From Diadema antillarum (lineage: Eukaryota): a DNA stretch of 64,000 nucleotides. The notes beneath the pieces are model-generated. The model was not told where the DNA came from. It worked only from the letters and a program-made list of their open reading frames with translations, and did not search any database. The translations under genes were made by a program, and so were the position numbers. Shown in pieces: positions 11,360 through 26,300 of this stretch. The stretch covers positions 124,001-188,000 of the forward strand of contig NW_027272268.1 in assembly GCF_040938485.1 (NCBI RefSeq), in the 5' to 3' direction. The first letter of the stretch is position 1. Each line of letters opens with the position of its first letter.

Positions 11360-14300
11360 TGTCTTAACCCTAACCAGTCCGGGCTTTTTTGGGTGTTCTG
11401 TGGCCGGGGAGGGGTTGATTCACCCCCCCCCCCCCCCCCCCCCCCCCCCGAGATCTCGGCCGTTGATCTCGCAATCGCCATGAAATTTGGCACATGCATT
11501 ACCTGTGGCATAATCTACCAAACTATACAAAAGAAATGGAAATTGTCGTCATAATAATTAATTACGCTAATGTATGCATAAAATCATACATTTTGCTCTA
11601 AATCAGAAATTACAGCTCCTAGAATCATAATTTTTGGTGAAAACATTCTTTGTAGCATTCCTAACAATGTACTTCAAAAAAAAAATTGGTATCAAAATCA
11701 ATTACCTATGTATTTTATTGTTTTATGAATTTCTTATGTATTTCACTGTTTTTTCGACCTTATGTTTTATCATTTTCTTTCCGCAAAATTTATGACAGAA
11801 CCTATTTCAAGCATAATTATGCTAAAATTAATTAGTTTCAGCCTATGAAAGTGAAAATAATCAAATCTTTATAAGAAGAGAAAACTCCATTTGCAAAGAC
11901 TTTATACACAAAATAACGTTTTTGAGCCATTTTCGGTCTGACAGGCATGTATAAAATGTCATGCAGCGTCGTAACGGTATGCGCAATTTTATCGAAAATG
12001 GTGTCAAAAGATGCGCGAGACTTGAAAGTAAAAAGTCAGCGAACAGCGCGGTCAAAAAATTTCGCATGGCAGAGTAGTCGCGAAAAATGTCGAGGGGGAG
12101 TTGATTCAACCCCCAACCCCCTCCCCCGGCCTTTTTAGGGTTAAGGCAATGAACTTCACAGCTGTAGTCTAGATATTCCACATGGCACCTGCAAATTTCT
12201 GGTCTGGTTCAGCATAAATATGTACATGCAGTAATGCATATGACATGCAATATTTTCAGCATAAGTGCAACAAGGATGTCACATACAAATGGCGCACAGA
12301 GAAAATGTGAAGACCTCTTTAAACTATTGATTTGGATTCAAAAAGATTCAAAATGAAATATACAATTAATCTTTTGTACTAAATCTACGGGATATATATC
12401 AGTTCAATATGGACGTAATAGCTTAAAGGGATGGTACAGTATTGGTGGAGATGAGAATTGGGCTTTTAACTTTTTGCGAGATACCAAGAAAACACTTATG
12501 AAATAGTACAGAGCATTCCAATTTAAGAGGAATTCAAAGTTTATTTGAAGAAAATCGGGTTTGGAATGACTGAAACATCCAAAAACAAAGTAAAACAAAG
12601 CGATCGTAATAAATTGTGGGTCCCACACTTATTAGAATCGCTCTGTTTTGGATATCTCAGCCATTTCAAAACCAATTTTCATCAAATAAACGTTGAATTC
12701 CTTATGAAATTACATGCTCTGTCATATTTCATAAGAGGTTTCTCATTATCTCACTAAAAAATGTCAGAAACCTAAAATTAGGTCTCAACCAAAACTCTAC
12801 CATCCCTTTAATCATGGCATCAGATTTAAAAAAAAAAATACAAAAATAAACACACACGTCAATTCGTATTCCTTAATCGTATAGTAGGCAATCACGTCAT
12901 TCCATTCTCATGATAAAGTATACAGCTATAAATCTTGATCATGTTCAATCACATCGCAATCTTGACCTCATCTCTCCATCAACATATAATACAACTGAAC
13001 AAACTGGAACTCCTTGTATTCACAACACAGTCATATTCAATGTCACTTCTCTCGTAATTCCCTATGCTTGATATCAAAAGATACAGGGAGAGTAACTGAC
13101 AAAACCAGGTATATTGGTGTCAAAAACAACAACAACAACAACAACAACTAACTTACCAGTTTCTGCACGCAACTTCTTCAGGTTGTAGCCACCTGGGCCA
13201 ACAAATTTGGATCTCCTCTGGATAGGCACTTCAAGATTCTCTGGTAAAATGACAAAATCAGAAACAAAATAGAGTTGTGACTTTGTGCCTGCAGAAAGCA
13301 TGATATTGAATTGGAAAAATAGAAAACAGACATCAGTTTTCTTAATTCAAGAGTATGACTGGCATTGATTTGTATGTTTGAATTCAAATCAATTGTATGA
13401 AACTTAAAATATTCCTTCTTGTGAATATACCTGCGAATGTGATATTGATATGCAATGTGACATGAATATGTGCATATAAAGCAATGAAATCATATCACTG
13501 TGGTCAGATAGTGTCTGCAAAGTTAGATGGATAAACTGTCAACAGTATACAATGATAGCATCAAAATATACTGACTATTCACGTAAAATTCAGATTTTGA
13601 CTTTTGAGCATTCTAACCACAAACCTATGACTGGACTATTCTCCTTGCGACCATCCCGCGGCTTCCTGAGGGCACCAGACATGATGTTGATAATCTTACT
13701 CTTGGCTGACGTCCCTGCCTGGATGGCTTCTACCACTAACTTCATTGGAACAGGAAGCTTGACGTCAGTCTGTGAGGAAAAATCAAGAATTTGTAGTCTG
13801 ACGATGGGTAGAGGTAAATGTGTGGCAGTAGTGTGGAATGCTGCTTGTGCACTAATGAGCTCATTTCACGGAATCCACTGTAAAACCAGAAATATTCGCG
13901 GCATGAAACTTTTGGAAATTGAAGCCGACAGCCTGTTTTGTGGCACAAAATTTTCACTACAAAAGACCTCACAGATTAAAGATGTTGTCTTCTAATTAGA
14001 AGTATTGTGGCCACATCCACACTCACAGACTGCAGCACCTTTGGTGTATCCTACAGTTTTAGCATGTCAAGTTCACATCTTCCCTTGCCTGCCCTCACTT
14101 TACTATTAAGACCACACCATGGATACTGGACCGACCATTGAGGGAGCTTTTCAAACACACCAGTGTCTCTTGCCTGCATACCATGTGACAGGCTGGATAT
14201 CATGTGACAGTATGTATACCATGTGACAGGCTGGATATCATGTGACAGTATGCATACCATGTGACAGGCATCATACCTGCAGCGCTGTGATACCCTTCTT

Positions 14301-17300
14301 GCTTCCAGCCAGCTTCATATCCATGTCTCCCATGTAGTCTTCTATGCCCTGCAAATAAGAGACAATTAAGAGCGATGCATTAGTAATACAAATGTAGCTT
14401 TGTCATTCAACACACATTCATTTCTATCATGTTGGATTCTGTACCTACCATGCATGAGGTAAAATCTTCAATTGGTAAAGCTTGCAACAAATTTGCAAGG
14501 CCCATGTCAGTGCGACAATCAGAACATGGGAACTCAGAGTCATAGACTAGGATATATTCTCTTTTAACGAGGCACTTTGAGAATATGCGACATTCTCTAC
14601 TATTCTCATTGCCAAATCACATTTCACGGCTGAAGTTGCAGTGATGAATACTAATCGGTCCAATTTTAAAACAAATGTATTTTTCAAGTCATTCAATTGG
14701 TACTTATACTGGCCTGGAACTCCCTGAACTTGGGTCTCTGTCATTATCCAAGCAACAAAAATAAAACTTAAAAAAATTGTTTGTGTCCTGAATTCAACAT
14801 GTGAGAAAAAAGAATAGCTAAGAGTTTTGTCACAACTGCAATGATTATTAGAGTAAATAATTATAAACATCTTGTAAATATGGGTTTGATGTGGGGGTTC
14901 CATGACATATGCTCCTGTGACAGTTGCTCCCATGAAATATCTGCACACTAAGCCAAACATGAAGTCTACCCACAGACATAACCCTAACCCTAATCCTAAT
15001 CCTCACATCAAACAAAACATAAAACCCTCTCACAACCCTAACCCTTAGTCCTTGGAGAAAATAAGACTGTAGCAATTGCTGCAGAGGCAAATGTCACGTC
15101 ACCCTACGCAGGACAACCAAGTGACGTCTGCCCTACCTACCAGAATGTCTGTCAGAATCTTGTAATCTGTGATGCTGTGGATGTCGTCAGATTCCGTCTC
15201 AGCTACCAGCCCCACTGCTACGCCTGCTACCGGGGTGGAGATGGGAACGCCTGGATGAAAAATGAAAGCATCGACACAACACAGCTCAGAGCTGATTTCA
15301 ATGCACTTTCTTTTGGGAGTACCTAATTGTCCAATGAAAAGTTAGTACAATACCATCCATTGTTCACATTGACTTGATCAAATTCATTTGACGAAACCTC
15401 TACAATCATTTGTCTTTATGTTTACTATTCTTTATCTAACATGAACATGGAATGCATATGCAACATCAAACATTTGAGACATGTGATGTCAGCTTGAACT
15501 CTCCCATGAAGCAATTATATCACTTCACATATCTTGCTACTGAGGAGGGATCATGCCACGACAAGAATGACTTTGCTTCTTATCTTCCAACAGTGGTTGC
15601 AGGCATTGACTTATTTGCACAAATGTTCTTTCTAATCTTTACCACCTACAGCACACACACCCCAACTCTCTGAGGTTACTCTAACCAGACAACCATCATT
15701 ATACTTCAGCTGATCCTAGCACAATAACAAAACCTATTAGATACATATTAAAGGGACTGTACAGTACTGGTTGAGGTGAGAATTCAGCTTGTAACATCTT
15801 GCGAGATATTTAGAAACCACTCTATGAAATGTTAAAGAGCATACAATTCTAAGGGTAATCAAAAGTTTATTTGATGAGAATCGGTTTTGAAATGACTGAG
15901 ATATCTAAAATAAGGAAAATCAAAGAGATCCTAATAAAAGTTGTGGCCTGTCAATTTTATTAGGATCGCTTTTTTGGATATCTCAGCCATTCAAGACCAA
16001 TTTTCATCAAATAAATGTTAAATGCTTCTTGAAATTACATGCCCTTTCATATTACACAAGAGGTTTCTCATTATCTTGCCAAAATATGTTACAAACCTGA
16101 ATCCTCACCTCAACCAGTAATGTACAGTCCCTCTACGAAGCACGGGAGGAGTGAAACATTGTGGATGAAGAGTCTACCTCGAGTGCCACAGGTGCAACAA
16201 CAATGTAGTTTGAACCATCAACCTTTTACTTTAAAGCACAGTGCACAATCCACGAGACCAACATGATTGTGTGATCCTACCTGCATCCATGAGAGCCAGG
16301 CATCCCCCACACACTGATGCCATGGAAGAAGATCCTGTGGAATAGGGACAATAGCACTTTCACTAACCAATCCACTCTCTAGCATTTTATTCAAGCAGCT
16401 CTAATATGATATTGTTAAAGCAACAATTCAGTGCAGGAAGAGAATAACTTTTCCATGTCTTTATTATCAAATTTTGGTCAAAATATACCGGCAATGGCAA
16501 ATGCATGTTTGATGGGTGCCTATGACTGAATTGAATACAAAAAAATGCCTTCAAAAGCCAATTCTGACACTGCTGTCCTTTCTCAGCATGTTATCAATTT
16601 TTAGCAAACTGTGTCACATCAAAATCAGCAACAATTGCTGCCATGAAATGCTGCAAATTTGATAAATGATGTGATACTACTACAGTACTAATCAACAGAC
16701 ATCATATTTGCTAGTGAATGAAATCATTTTCAATGAATACAAACCCTGCAAATATTTCAATTTTTCTCAAGACTAAACATACAATTTTGGACGAAATATT
16801 CATTTCCTCTTAAACGATTGAAAAGTGAATATCTCTAATATCTCAATGTCTGCACTAACAGGATCATGTATCAGTCATAGAAATGTGCAGGCATGCATCA
16901 TTACACTTACCATTAGATTCTAGGACTTCACTGGTGAGGCGTATCGTGAAGGGAAAGTCTTCAGGTACCACAGGTCTCAACCCTTTCTCAGCCAAAGCTC
17001 CTGTATCGGGCACAAGAGAAAATGAAACACATATTTTGATGCACTGCTGTTCACATCCATATATAATCAGAAGTCTTAATGAATTTTCAGTATGAACAAA
17101 TTATCCCATCTTGTCATAATTACATCTCACGCATAATAATTGCTTTTTCAAAAGTATACAGAAGTATAGTCTTTCAGAAAAAGGGGGAAAATGGTGAAAA
17201 GTGGAGTTCAGATATACTTCGCATTACTATTCTGCTGTTAAACATATCAAAGTACTGTAGATTCTTAATGTAATTTGCACAATGATCTCATAATCTACAA

Positions 17301-20300
17301 ATACAATCACCACTAATTCTTGTGTTATTTCACATATCACTCACTACAATTGTTTAATATATCCCTATCAAATACTGCATTTCACTGTCAGGAGAAATCA
17401 CTCTGTGCATAAGCTGTAGTTTCCCGATACCATTAACTCACTGCAGTGTAAGCAGCCAATTCATCAAGGAAACTTGAAACATTTGTTCATTGCAACAATA
17501 GAACATACCAAGGCAAACTTCATAAAGGCCTAGTGATGCAGTTTAATGTTTTATGAAAATTTTACCGACATTTTTATTTCAACATTTGAGCAATGGGAAC
17601 TCTTTGACAATCAACATTGAAAGTAAACTTCCACAAATACTGATATTTTCTGTCTGTTGTATGTTATACATATGAGGGACATTACTTTTTTAGAATACTT
17701 ATGTTATAAGGAAATGCAGCTTAAATGTTAATTTCATTGTTGTTATCTCTCACCGTGGCCAAGTTCCCTTCTGTTCACTCCTCCTGTCCTGCCAACTTCA
17801 TTTGTGGCATACGGTGGAAACTGGGGAAAAACAAACATAGTAAAATCATGTTTCATAATACATCAAAAACAACAAATCAATATGGCATAATCAATAAATT
17901 ATGGATAAATCTACATATTTCAGAATTAGGAACAAAACATACAGAGTGAGTGGGAGATGAAAGTGTAAATTGTCTACTTGCAACAGGGATGTTGGGCAGT
18001 GTTATGTAGGTAGTTACTAAACATGGTGGGCAGTATGATGTTGGTAGTCACTAAATATGTTGGGCAGTGTGCACTCAGCAACTTGTGCCACCAAATATAC
18101 CTCAAAAAACAGCAGTGGTTGAAAATATTTCTCACCTCGTAGTGTAGCATAAAGTTCTTCTCTTTGCCATCACTGAATGCATAAATGAGAAAACAAAGAT
18201 ATCCATTATTCATAATAAATTCATACATTCAATGACAGATGGTCACGATATCATTCATGCTTTAATTTTGGCTCTGGTTGACCAGCTACATGCATGATGC
18301 CATCGCTCATAAACTCCTCAATAAACACTGTGTTATGGGTGATATAACATTCTGAAACATGCACCGACGGGCGTTGGCTTTCAAGGTTTGTGCTTTGAAT
18401 GCCATCAAATTGATACAATCTCGCATCTTATAATTCCCAAATATACTCTTATACATGCAAACATTCTTAGCATTGAAATTCAGTCACTCACCTCTCCCAG
18501 ACAGGGTCGACTCTCAGCGCTGATTCAATGGAATCAAATGTTACTGTACATAAAACCTGAAAGGCAGATCAGTTGAGCGAGAAATGAGATGGTTGGCTGA
18601 TAATTACAAAGTACGCTTTCATTGATTTATGAGTACAAACATTTTATATTTACTGTGTCTCCGATTTCAACACTTTGAGGCATAATTACACAGATCTCAT
18701 CTCTCTCCCCTTCACCTAGTCATCAAAACATATTTGCAGGTTCTTTAATTCACACTGAGTAATTGCTTTATACTTATGTTTTTATCCATTCAGGGAAAAG
18801 TCATGCTGCCCGATCCACTGACAGTACGGCCTGAACAGAAACTACGAGCACTGCAGACACATACGCTCAAATGAATATTACTATCGCACATACGCACACA
18901 CACACAATCATGCCAGGAAGGCACCATTGATGAGGCCTACGACTCGACCCGTTCAAAATGTGCAGAGAAGATTGTGAAGATATTTTCGCAGGTTGTAGAA
19001 TTCTCGCTCGGCAAAAGTACCGCGAAATATGCAAAAATTTATGTAAGTTATGAAAATATCCATGTTTACAGTACGTGTGGTATATAGCATTAGTACATCG
19101 AACCTGAGTTTGTCCCCTCTGGAAGAGTGCCGAGCCGTGGAGAGGTTTATAGAGATCCACCTGACATCTGATGTCACGGAGCTCATCAAACTCTCTACCA
19201 TCACACCTAGGGATAGTCATGAGAAAATTATAGGCTGCATCACCCATGTGAATGATAATACAGGGTAACAAGACAGAAGCTATAAGAAAGTCATCACACA
19301 AGCTCACAAGCATACACTTATCACTGATGTAGATTATCACTCATCCAGTCAAAGTGTAACTCCAAAATTATTATAAATCACAAGTAAATTATCATAAATT
19401 CTAAATTTATGATTTACAATAATTTTGGAGATACACTTATCACCGCAGTTACTTTATGTTTTAGCATCTGGATGACCTGTTAGAATTACCGAGTTGTCAA
19501 GTTTAACCAGAGAAGGAATTTATCAGAAAATGGTACTTGTTGAAGGTGGCAATAAGCTTTGCAATATTTCATTTACAAATAGTCCATTGTGACATTTTCT
19601 CAGCAACTTCATCTCAATCAACCTTATGACAAATAAAGCATGATTTCCTTCCATCTTTACTTTCAGTGTCCCTGAAGCTTATGAGACACACTTTCTTTAT
19701 GTGAGCAATAGATATTTGGACTAACTTTCTTGATTAAACTAAATCAGTCATCTGTAACTTATTAACAACATATAAATTCAGTGCTCAAAGCTGATTCATT
19801 ATTGTGGTACTTGAACTCATTATTTAACTCTGCATCTCATATGAAGAACAGTCCTAGTCTCAAATGAACATGGTAGCAGCTCTTACAGAGAAGAAAATCA
19901 CTGGCTGGCAGAATGATAATCCCTCAACATTATAACCACTTCAATTGGAGTAATCTTACCTTCTCTCCTGCTCCATAACAATGCTCCTAAAGACCTCCTT
20001 GGCAACGATGCTGAAAGCATCATGGACTAGAGGTGTATCTTCATTTGGAAACGTGTCTGAAAAGATACAGCATGATAAGAAAACATTCAACTATGAAGAA
20101 AACCAAAATAGATGGTTAGGTCTGGTCTGGAACAAACATTTTCAAAGGTCTAATTTTGCTAGGTACTGTAGATAGCAATTTAAGAAAAACAGTGAAGATC
20201 TTGGTACATGTTGTCAAGTTACATTTGAACATAATGTAGTCTGCATCAAGAAAGATTTTCTTCATCATTCTCTTCACTACTTACATCACTGAACAAGGTG

Positions 20301-23300
20301 GGTTCTGCTAAAGATTTATGTGAAGGTAAACAAATACATGTCAATTTGATGGAGGAAAGATTAAAAGAAAATAATATGAATGGGAGGGCAATCCATGTAA
20401 GTATTTCATTTCATCAAAAATATTATATACTGACCTAGGATTCCATGTAGATGAGTCTCTCTTACTACATTTGCTGCATTGTCTCTGGAAAACTGGGAGA
20501 AAATGACAAAAAATTGTACTGGAAAAGCTATTATTTCCACAAGGGTATACTTTTCGGGAATTTTGCAAATCATCTGCTGGGTTCCAAATTTAAACAACAG
20601 GCAAAAATATTGCAACATGCTTGGGTATTAGCGCACCAACAATGGCCTCGGTGTCAAATCGCAAAAATGTCTCGTGAAAATGTCTGTGACCTCCTCAATC
20701 ATGAAAATATATGTATGCGAAAATAACAGCTTTTCCATTAAGTACATGAGATAAGGCAATCATGGTATTAAATACATTTACAGAAGTATGAACCTCAACT
20801 TCTTTATTCTGAACAATCTACTGCAGAAGTAACTGCGGGTTACATTTTTTATTGACATACATACAAATAAGCTATAGCACACATTTATTGTGTTCTCTGC
20901 TCTGCACAAAGTGACAATACACCATTGCCATTTATGCCAAGGACACTGACAATTTGAAACTAAGATACCACTAGCAGTTAGCTACCGATAGATCTAAACT
21001 ACATTGTCACCTAGAGACATGTAAAAAGTCAGTAACATGAGCAAAGAAAAGAAACAAACCAACCTTGTCATGTGTCGGGTCGGTGTAAACCCTGTAATAC
21101 TCCTCTGAAGACACCCTGCAAAGATCCAAACAAGGTATTGATCACTCTAGAGATCTATGTATGACTCACTAAGCTCAAAAGCTTTGCAATGAGATTAACA
21201 AAAACACCCAGCGTCATTCCTTCACTTACTCGTTGCCTAGATTATAACATGGTTCCATTATACTCATGTTTTTGGCACACCTAGCACGAGGACATTAACT
21301 ATAACAACATTACATTATCACTGATAGATGAAATGGAATCTACAAATTCTGAAAACAAGCTAAAGAAAAAAATCGCCTTTGCAGCCTTGTCTGGATCATC
21401 TCTAAAATTGAGGCACTACATAGCAAATCAAAAACAGAATAGATTACACCATTGAGCTTATATTCTTCTTATGATGTGTTAAAACATCAAATTTTCCACA
21501 TTTAACACTTAAACACTAATATACACAGAAAACAAAGCTTCTAATACACCAAGTTAACTTGTGTGGTTCTTGCAGCACCTCCTTGAATGGCAACCAGAGA
21601 CTGAGATAACGTTGAGTTACCTTACAATCCGAACCAGGTTTCATGAAATCCAGGTTGGGACGAAAAAAAAACACACACAAAAAAAACAAACAGCAACTAA
21701 AAAGGAAACAGACCAACTGGCTGAACCTTCAAACACCTTACCTCCTGACTTCTTCTAACAACTCAGATGATGGCATAGCTAAAGGCTCAAACTCCTTCTT
21801 TTCCTTCCCATGTTGCTTGGCGAGTTGTTCAATGCTCCTAACAATGATCTGTGTCTCCTTGAGGCCTGCCTTCAGTGCCTTGAGGAAGTCTGTCTGAAGC
21901 ACATTATCTGCTGAGGCCTCAATCATCACTTGAAGATTTGAACACAGAAAGTCAGAAGAATTAGTATACAATTAAAGGACTCATCTATACGGCTCTATCA
22001 TGCATGTCTGGTTGGGACCAAGCGCACTGATTATTGGCAGCTTGCTATATCCCATGACACTCACTTTCACACAATTTTCATGAGTCCATTCACTGGATGC
22101 ATGTTTGTTCAATTGGTTACATTCTGTTCTAGCACAATGTATCACATAGTATTTCCAGACATATCTAATTTGTACAAGAACGTCATGACTTTAAGGATAT
22201 AAACTCTGAACATAGGATAAAGATATACTTTGGGTTTTCAGCTATTATATTATACAGCCTTCAGACACAGAAGCCTCATACAAATCCTTTCATTCAATTC
22301 AATTATACACTGTGAAAGATTTGATATTCTAGTTTCAAGAAATATAATTCCAAGGCTAGAATTCAAAGAAAGATAATTTTGTTTTCTTGTAGACCAATAA
22401 AAGCAACAGGCAAGTGGCATACTTTCTAAATATTATGATGATCAACACCAACATCCTAGTTGAAGTATAAAGACTACAGACTAGAAACCAAGTACCTCCT
22501 AATGAAGAATCAGTATCTTCCCTACAACGGTACACAACAAAGAATCATTTTACCACGCAACAAGCAGAACAGTGAGTGGCAAAGTGTAAGACACAGCTCC
22601 TAGCTCTTCCCCGGTCATCCAGATCCTCACATCTATGTGCCTATGAAAATGATTCTCATATTTTCAGTGGATGAATACTGTATGAAATTTTTCATGAATT
22701 GGAGCCGATGAACTTTTTCACAGCATGAAATTTTTTGCGAATTGCCACTGGCATTTAATGCATACAGTGCAGAAAAGAACTTTCACGTACAAATGTTGGC
22801 TCTCGCGAATTTGTAAAACTAAAATGCATGCGAAAATTTCTGGTTTCACATGTACCTAGATTGCTCTTCCTGGTTCCTGCCACCACAATGTTGAGGCTGC
22901 TTCTCTTCAGCTCCAGCCTGGTCGGGTTAATGACAATTTCATCATCGATGAGCCCCACCCTGACCGCACCCACGGGACCATTCCACGGAACGTCAGAGAG
23001 GGCCAGGGCTGCAGAAGCTGAGGAATGGCAGAAGAAATATAATGATTATATAAAGCCCTTTATCACATGAACGAAAATTGGATGCATCAAGTAATTTGTG
23101 AACTAACAAAAGCTAAAAACCACAATATCACTGAAGTGCTCCAACTTGCACAGGATTATGAGTTTGATGATTAGCATGATGTAACATCTTGACTGTGAGA
23201 TAAAGAAAGAATTATCAAAATGATTAGTGAGTTGACAGCAAATATATTTAGTATTAGATAATCTCATTTGTAAAGCAATAAAATACAGCACACACACACA

Positions 23301-26300
23301 AAATAAAAAGGTTCCTTATATACTGCAATGTATAATTCCTGGAGTAAGCACTCAGTAAAATACAAGGAAAGGAAAGGGCAATATCAAATACCCAGTAAGT
23401 ACCCTTGGTAAATTCAAAACACTACACACTGGATGGTTTGGAATCCATGCTGTCAAAGCAATGAAAGGTGCTAGATATATTCTTTCAACTATAAGTCAAT
23501 TTTTTTAAACAAATTGGGTGGATTTCTTTTTAAAAAACAATAACCACAACCATAATAAATGTCTTTGTTGTTAGTTGCAATGTCAAAAAGTAAAGAAATC
23601 TTCTCTTACTTTGGTCAAATATTTTGGCCTATAAACAATGTAAAGAGTAAAATACAACCTCATGATGGATAAAGATTTCACCATCGATGCAACCTATCAA
23701 GTTCACTCAAACTCTACCCATTTACAGTCAAACCACCAACAGTTTCTGTCATCATCACCTTTTCCTCTATACTGATACGCCTCTACAGGCTATCTCAGCA
23801 TTTCATGCAACACAGGAATACAATGTGCCTGCAATCATTTCTTTCGACAAAACCCCTCTGTGCTAATGTAAAACTTACCTCCATTGATGCTCAGTACACC
23901 TGGATCATGAAGTCCATCTACTGCCAGCAAATTGCACATAATCTGTAAAATATCAATAGGTTGCTCAGTGGTAACACAACACATTCATACAAACACACTG
24001 CAGGATTTTCAAGACAAAATAAATGCACAACAATTGTCCTTCCACATAAAATCAGACACTGCCCTCAAAAGATAAGACTTGTGCTACTAATTTGCAATGA
24101 ATAATGAAGAACACATATGTAAACTGGCGACAAACTAACTTTCAAAACATAAGATTATTATCGCCTAATAACAGAGGTTGTAGTTATCAATAATCGTGTT
24201 TAAGTGTAAAACATACAAAGCAAAAGACTATCTACTATTACATACCTGAGTGTCATAGAAGTAGCCTTTGGGAAAGAGTGGTCGTATTGATCTATCTAAT
24301 TGATCAGAAAATAAAAGTGGATTAAAACAAAGGACACCATTATATCATATTCGCAATGTAAAATCATTTAGATACAATAGACAATTGAAGAGGCATACTG
24401 GAACATTTCAAAATCTTAGCTTATTCATGATGATTATGATAATTCCCATCATTTGTATGGTGCCACAGATCTGTTTAAAAGATACTCAGCTCCACCAAGA
24501 GAATTAGTAATTGAATGTCTGGTGAAAAATGGGAGCCTTGAATGAGGCTTTGAAGTGCTCTAAATTGACATGAAAAGACATTAAAGAAGAGCATTCAACA
24601 AGTGATTCTAAACTCAATCTAAGGTACTATGATTAATTTTAAGATAGAACTGACTTAATCTTCATTAGACAACCTAGATAAATGGTCAAGGCAAGCTCTA
24701 GCACAGTAGCATTTACCAATATTGCACACAGTCTACAAATTCATTTCAAATTTCATACATTGAAGCTGTGAGCACCAGTACAAATGGACTAATCAACAAC
24801 TGCCACAGAGTAACATTATCCGACTGATAAATTTCAAGTCATAGGAACAAGTTTCAGAGCATAATACAAATTTGGTTAAAGAAACTATGATGAATCTGTC
24901 AACACTAACCTAACATTTACACACAGAATGCAGCTTGAATACCACTACTCTGTTACAATACATTCTGGTCAAGACTTGGAGAAATCTCTAAAAAGCTATA
25001 GAATGCAATGTATGATCACTGGGGTTTATGCTGGTGAAGTATCTTAAAGCCATCATTGTCATTGTCATGGAAATTTAAAGAACAAAATCATATGTACCTA
25101 TCATTCTACTTGTGAGAATTTCTTGGTCTGTCACTCCCCTCTCCCTCCTCAGGTGATTGGTAGGGATCCTCCCAGCTGCTGCAGCCTTCTGCCTGTAATC
25201 AACCTACATGGTCAAAAGACAAAAGGTCATAAATAAATGGTGCTAATACAGAAGAAAGTCACAGCAGAGGGCAAAACAGATAAATGAAGCACATCTCTTG
25301 AGCATACAAACAATTCACTGTAATCACATTATTATGCAAGATCCAGTTGAAAGACTCAATCTACTCTCAGTTGATGGCACTACTTACTGTCAATGGTAGA
25401 AAGCCCGGTGAAGTGCCACTCTTCTTGCTGACCGCTGTAACCATCACAGTAGTATCCCCAATCTGTGCAATTGATGGGAGATCATACAAACTCTCTCAGG
25501 AAATGTGACTTCATGCACATTATGTACATTTTTCTTCTTCCTCCTCATGGTATGTGTGGAAATCTCTGTAGAGTTTACTCACTCACACATGTATGGAGGG
25601 CTCTCATCAGTCTCATGGGTATTATACAGCAGCCGCACATTTTATGGTATAGATGAGTATAAAACTATGCACTCTATAAAGTTAGAAATGTGCATGTCCA
25701 AGTTAAAACAGTGATTCATGCCCTGGACTTATTAAAATTACTGATGTCTTTAATCTGCGATTTGAAGATGTCAAGGAATGGTGGGTTGACTAAATGGCAT
25801 ATTGAGGGGAACATGTTGGTCTTTGTATGTATCTATTACACGGTTGTTTGCCAATGCTATACTTCATACTTCACATAATTGATCGACATTATTGTTTTCT
25901 ATTTCCCCAGTTTAGATGTGGACTTCAACTTTGGCCTTGTTAACAAGAAAAGTTGAAAATAATAAAGAGAGATGCTGAAGCACCTGGTCAAATAGAATCA
26001 GTCACAGAATTTAGCTACTGATAAGTATAAGAGGCACAAAATAACTTCAATGTGTCAAATTTTCTATTAGATTATCAATATCTATTTTATGTTTATCATG
26101 ATGATGTATCTCTACATATGTCAATTAAAATCATGCTCAGCTAGGCATTATTCAAAAAGACTGCTATCATACCACACACAAAAACACATTACGGATACAC
26201 AAACACAGTTTTCCTTGCGAGTAGTGATCATAGGTTTGTTGATATCATCACGTAATTCTTTACTGAATGCTGTTCCACCTGGCCAAAAAAAAAAAAAATA

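Noticed and set aside
14175-14269. CRISPR-like appearance of the 38-bp repeat and of the 14-bp motif array at 30432-32333
   Set aside because: No unique spacers of regular length, eukaryotic intronic context, no cas genes.
14310-14327. GDMDMK instead of the usual GDMDFK in the PNPase active-site motif
   Set aside because: Both catalytic aspartates are intact, and I cannot establish without an alignment that F>M is rare among invertebrates.
18789-18835. Hairpin in a PNPT1 intron resembling half of an H/ACA snoRNA
   Set aside because: Only a 6-bp basal stem; no second hairpin or H box on the host strand; ACA spacing is off.
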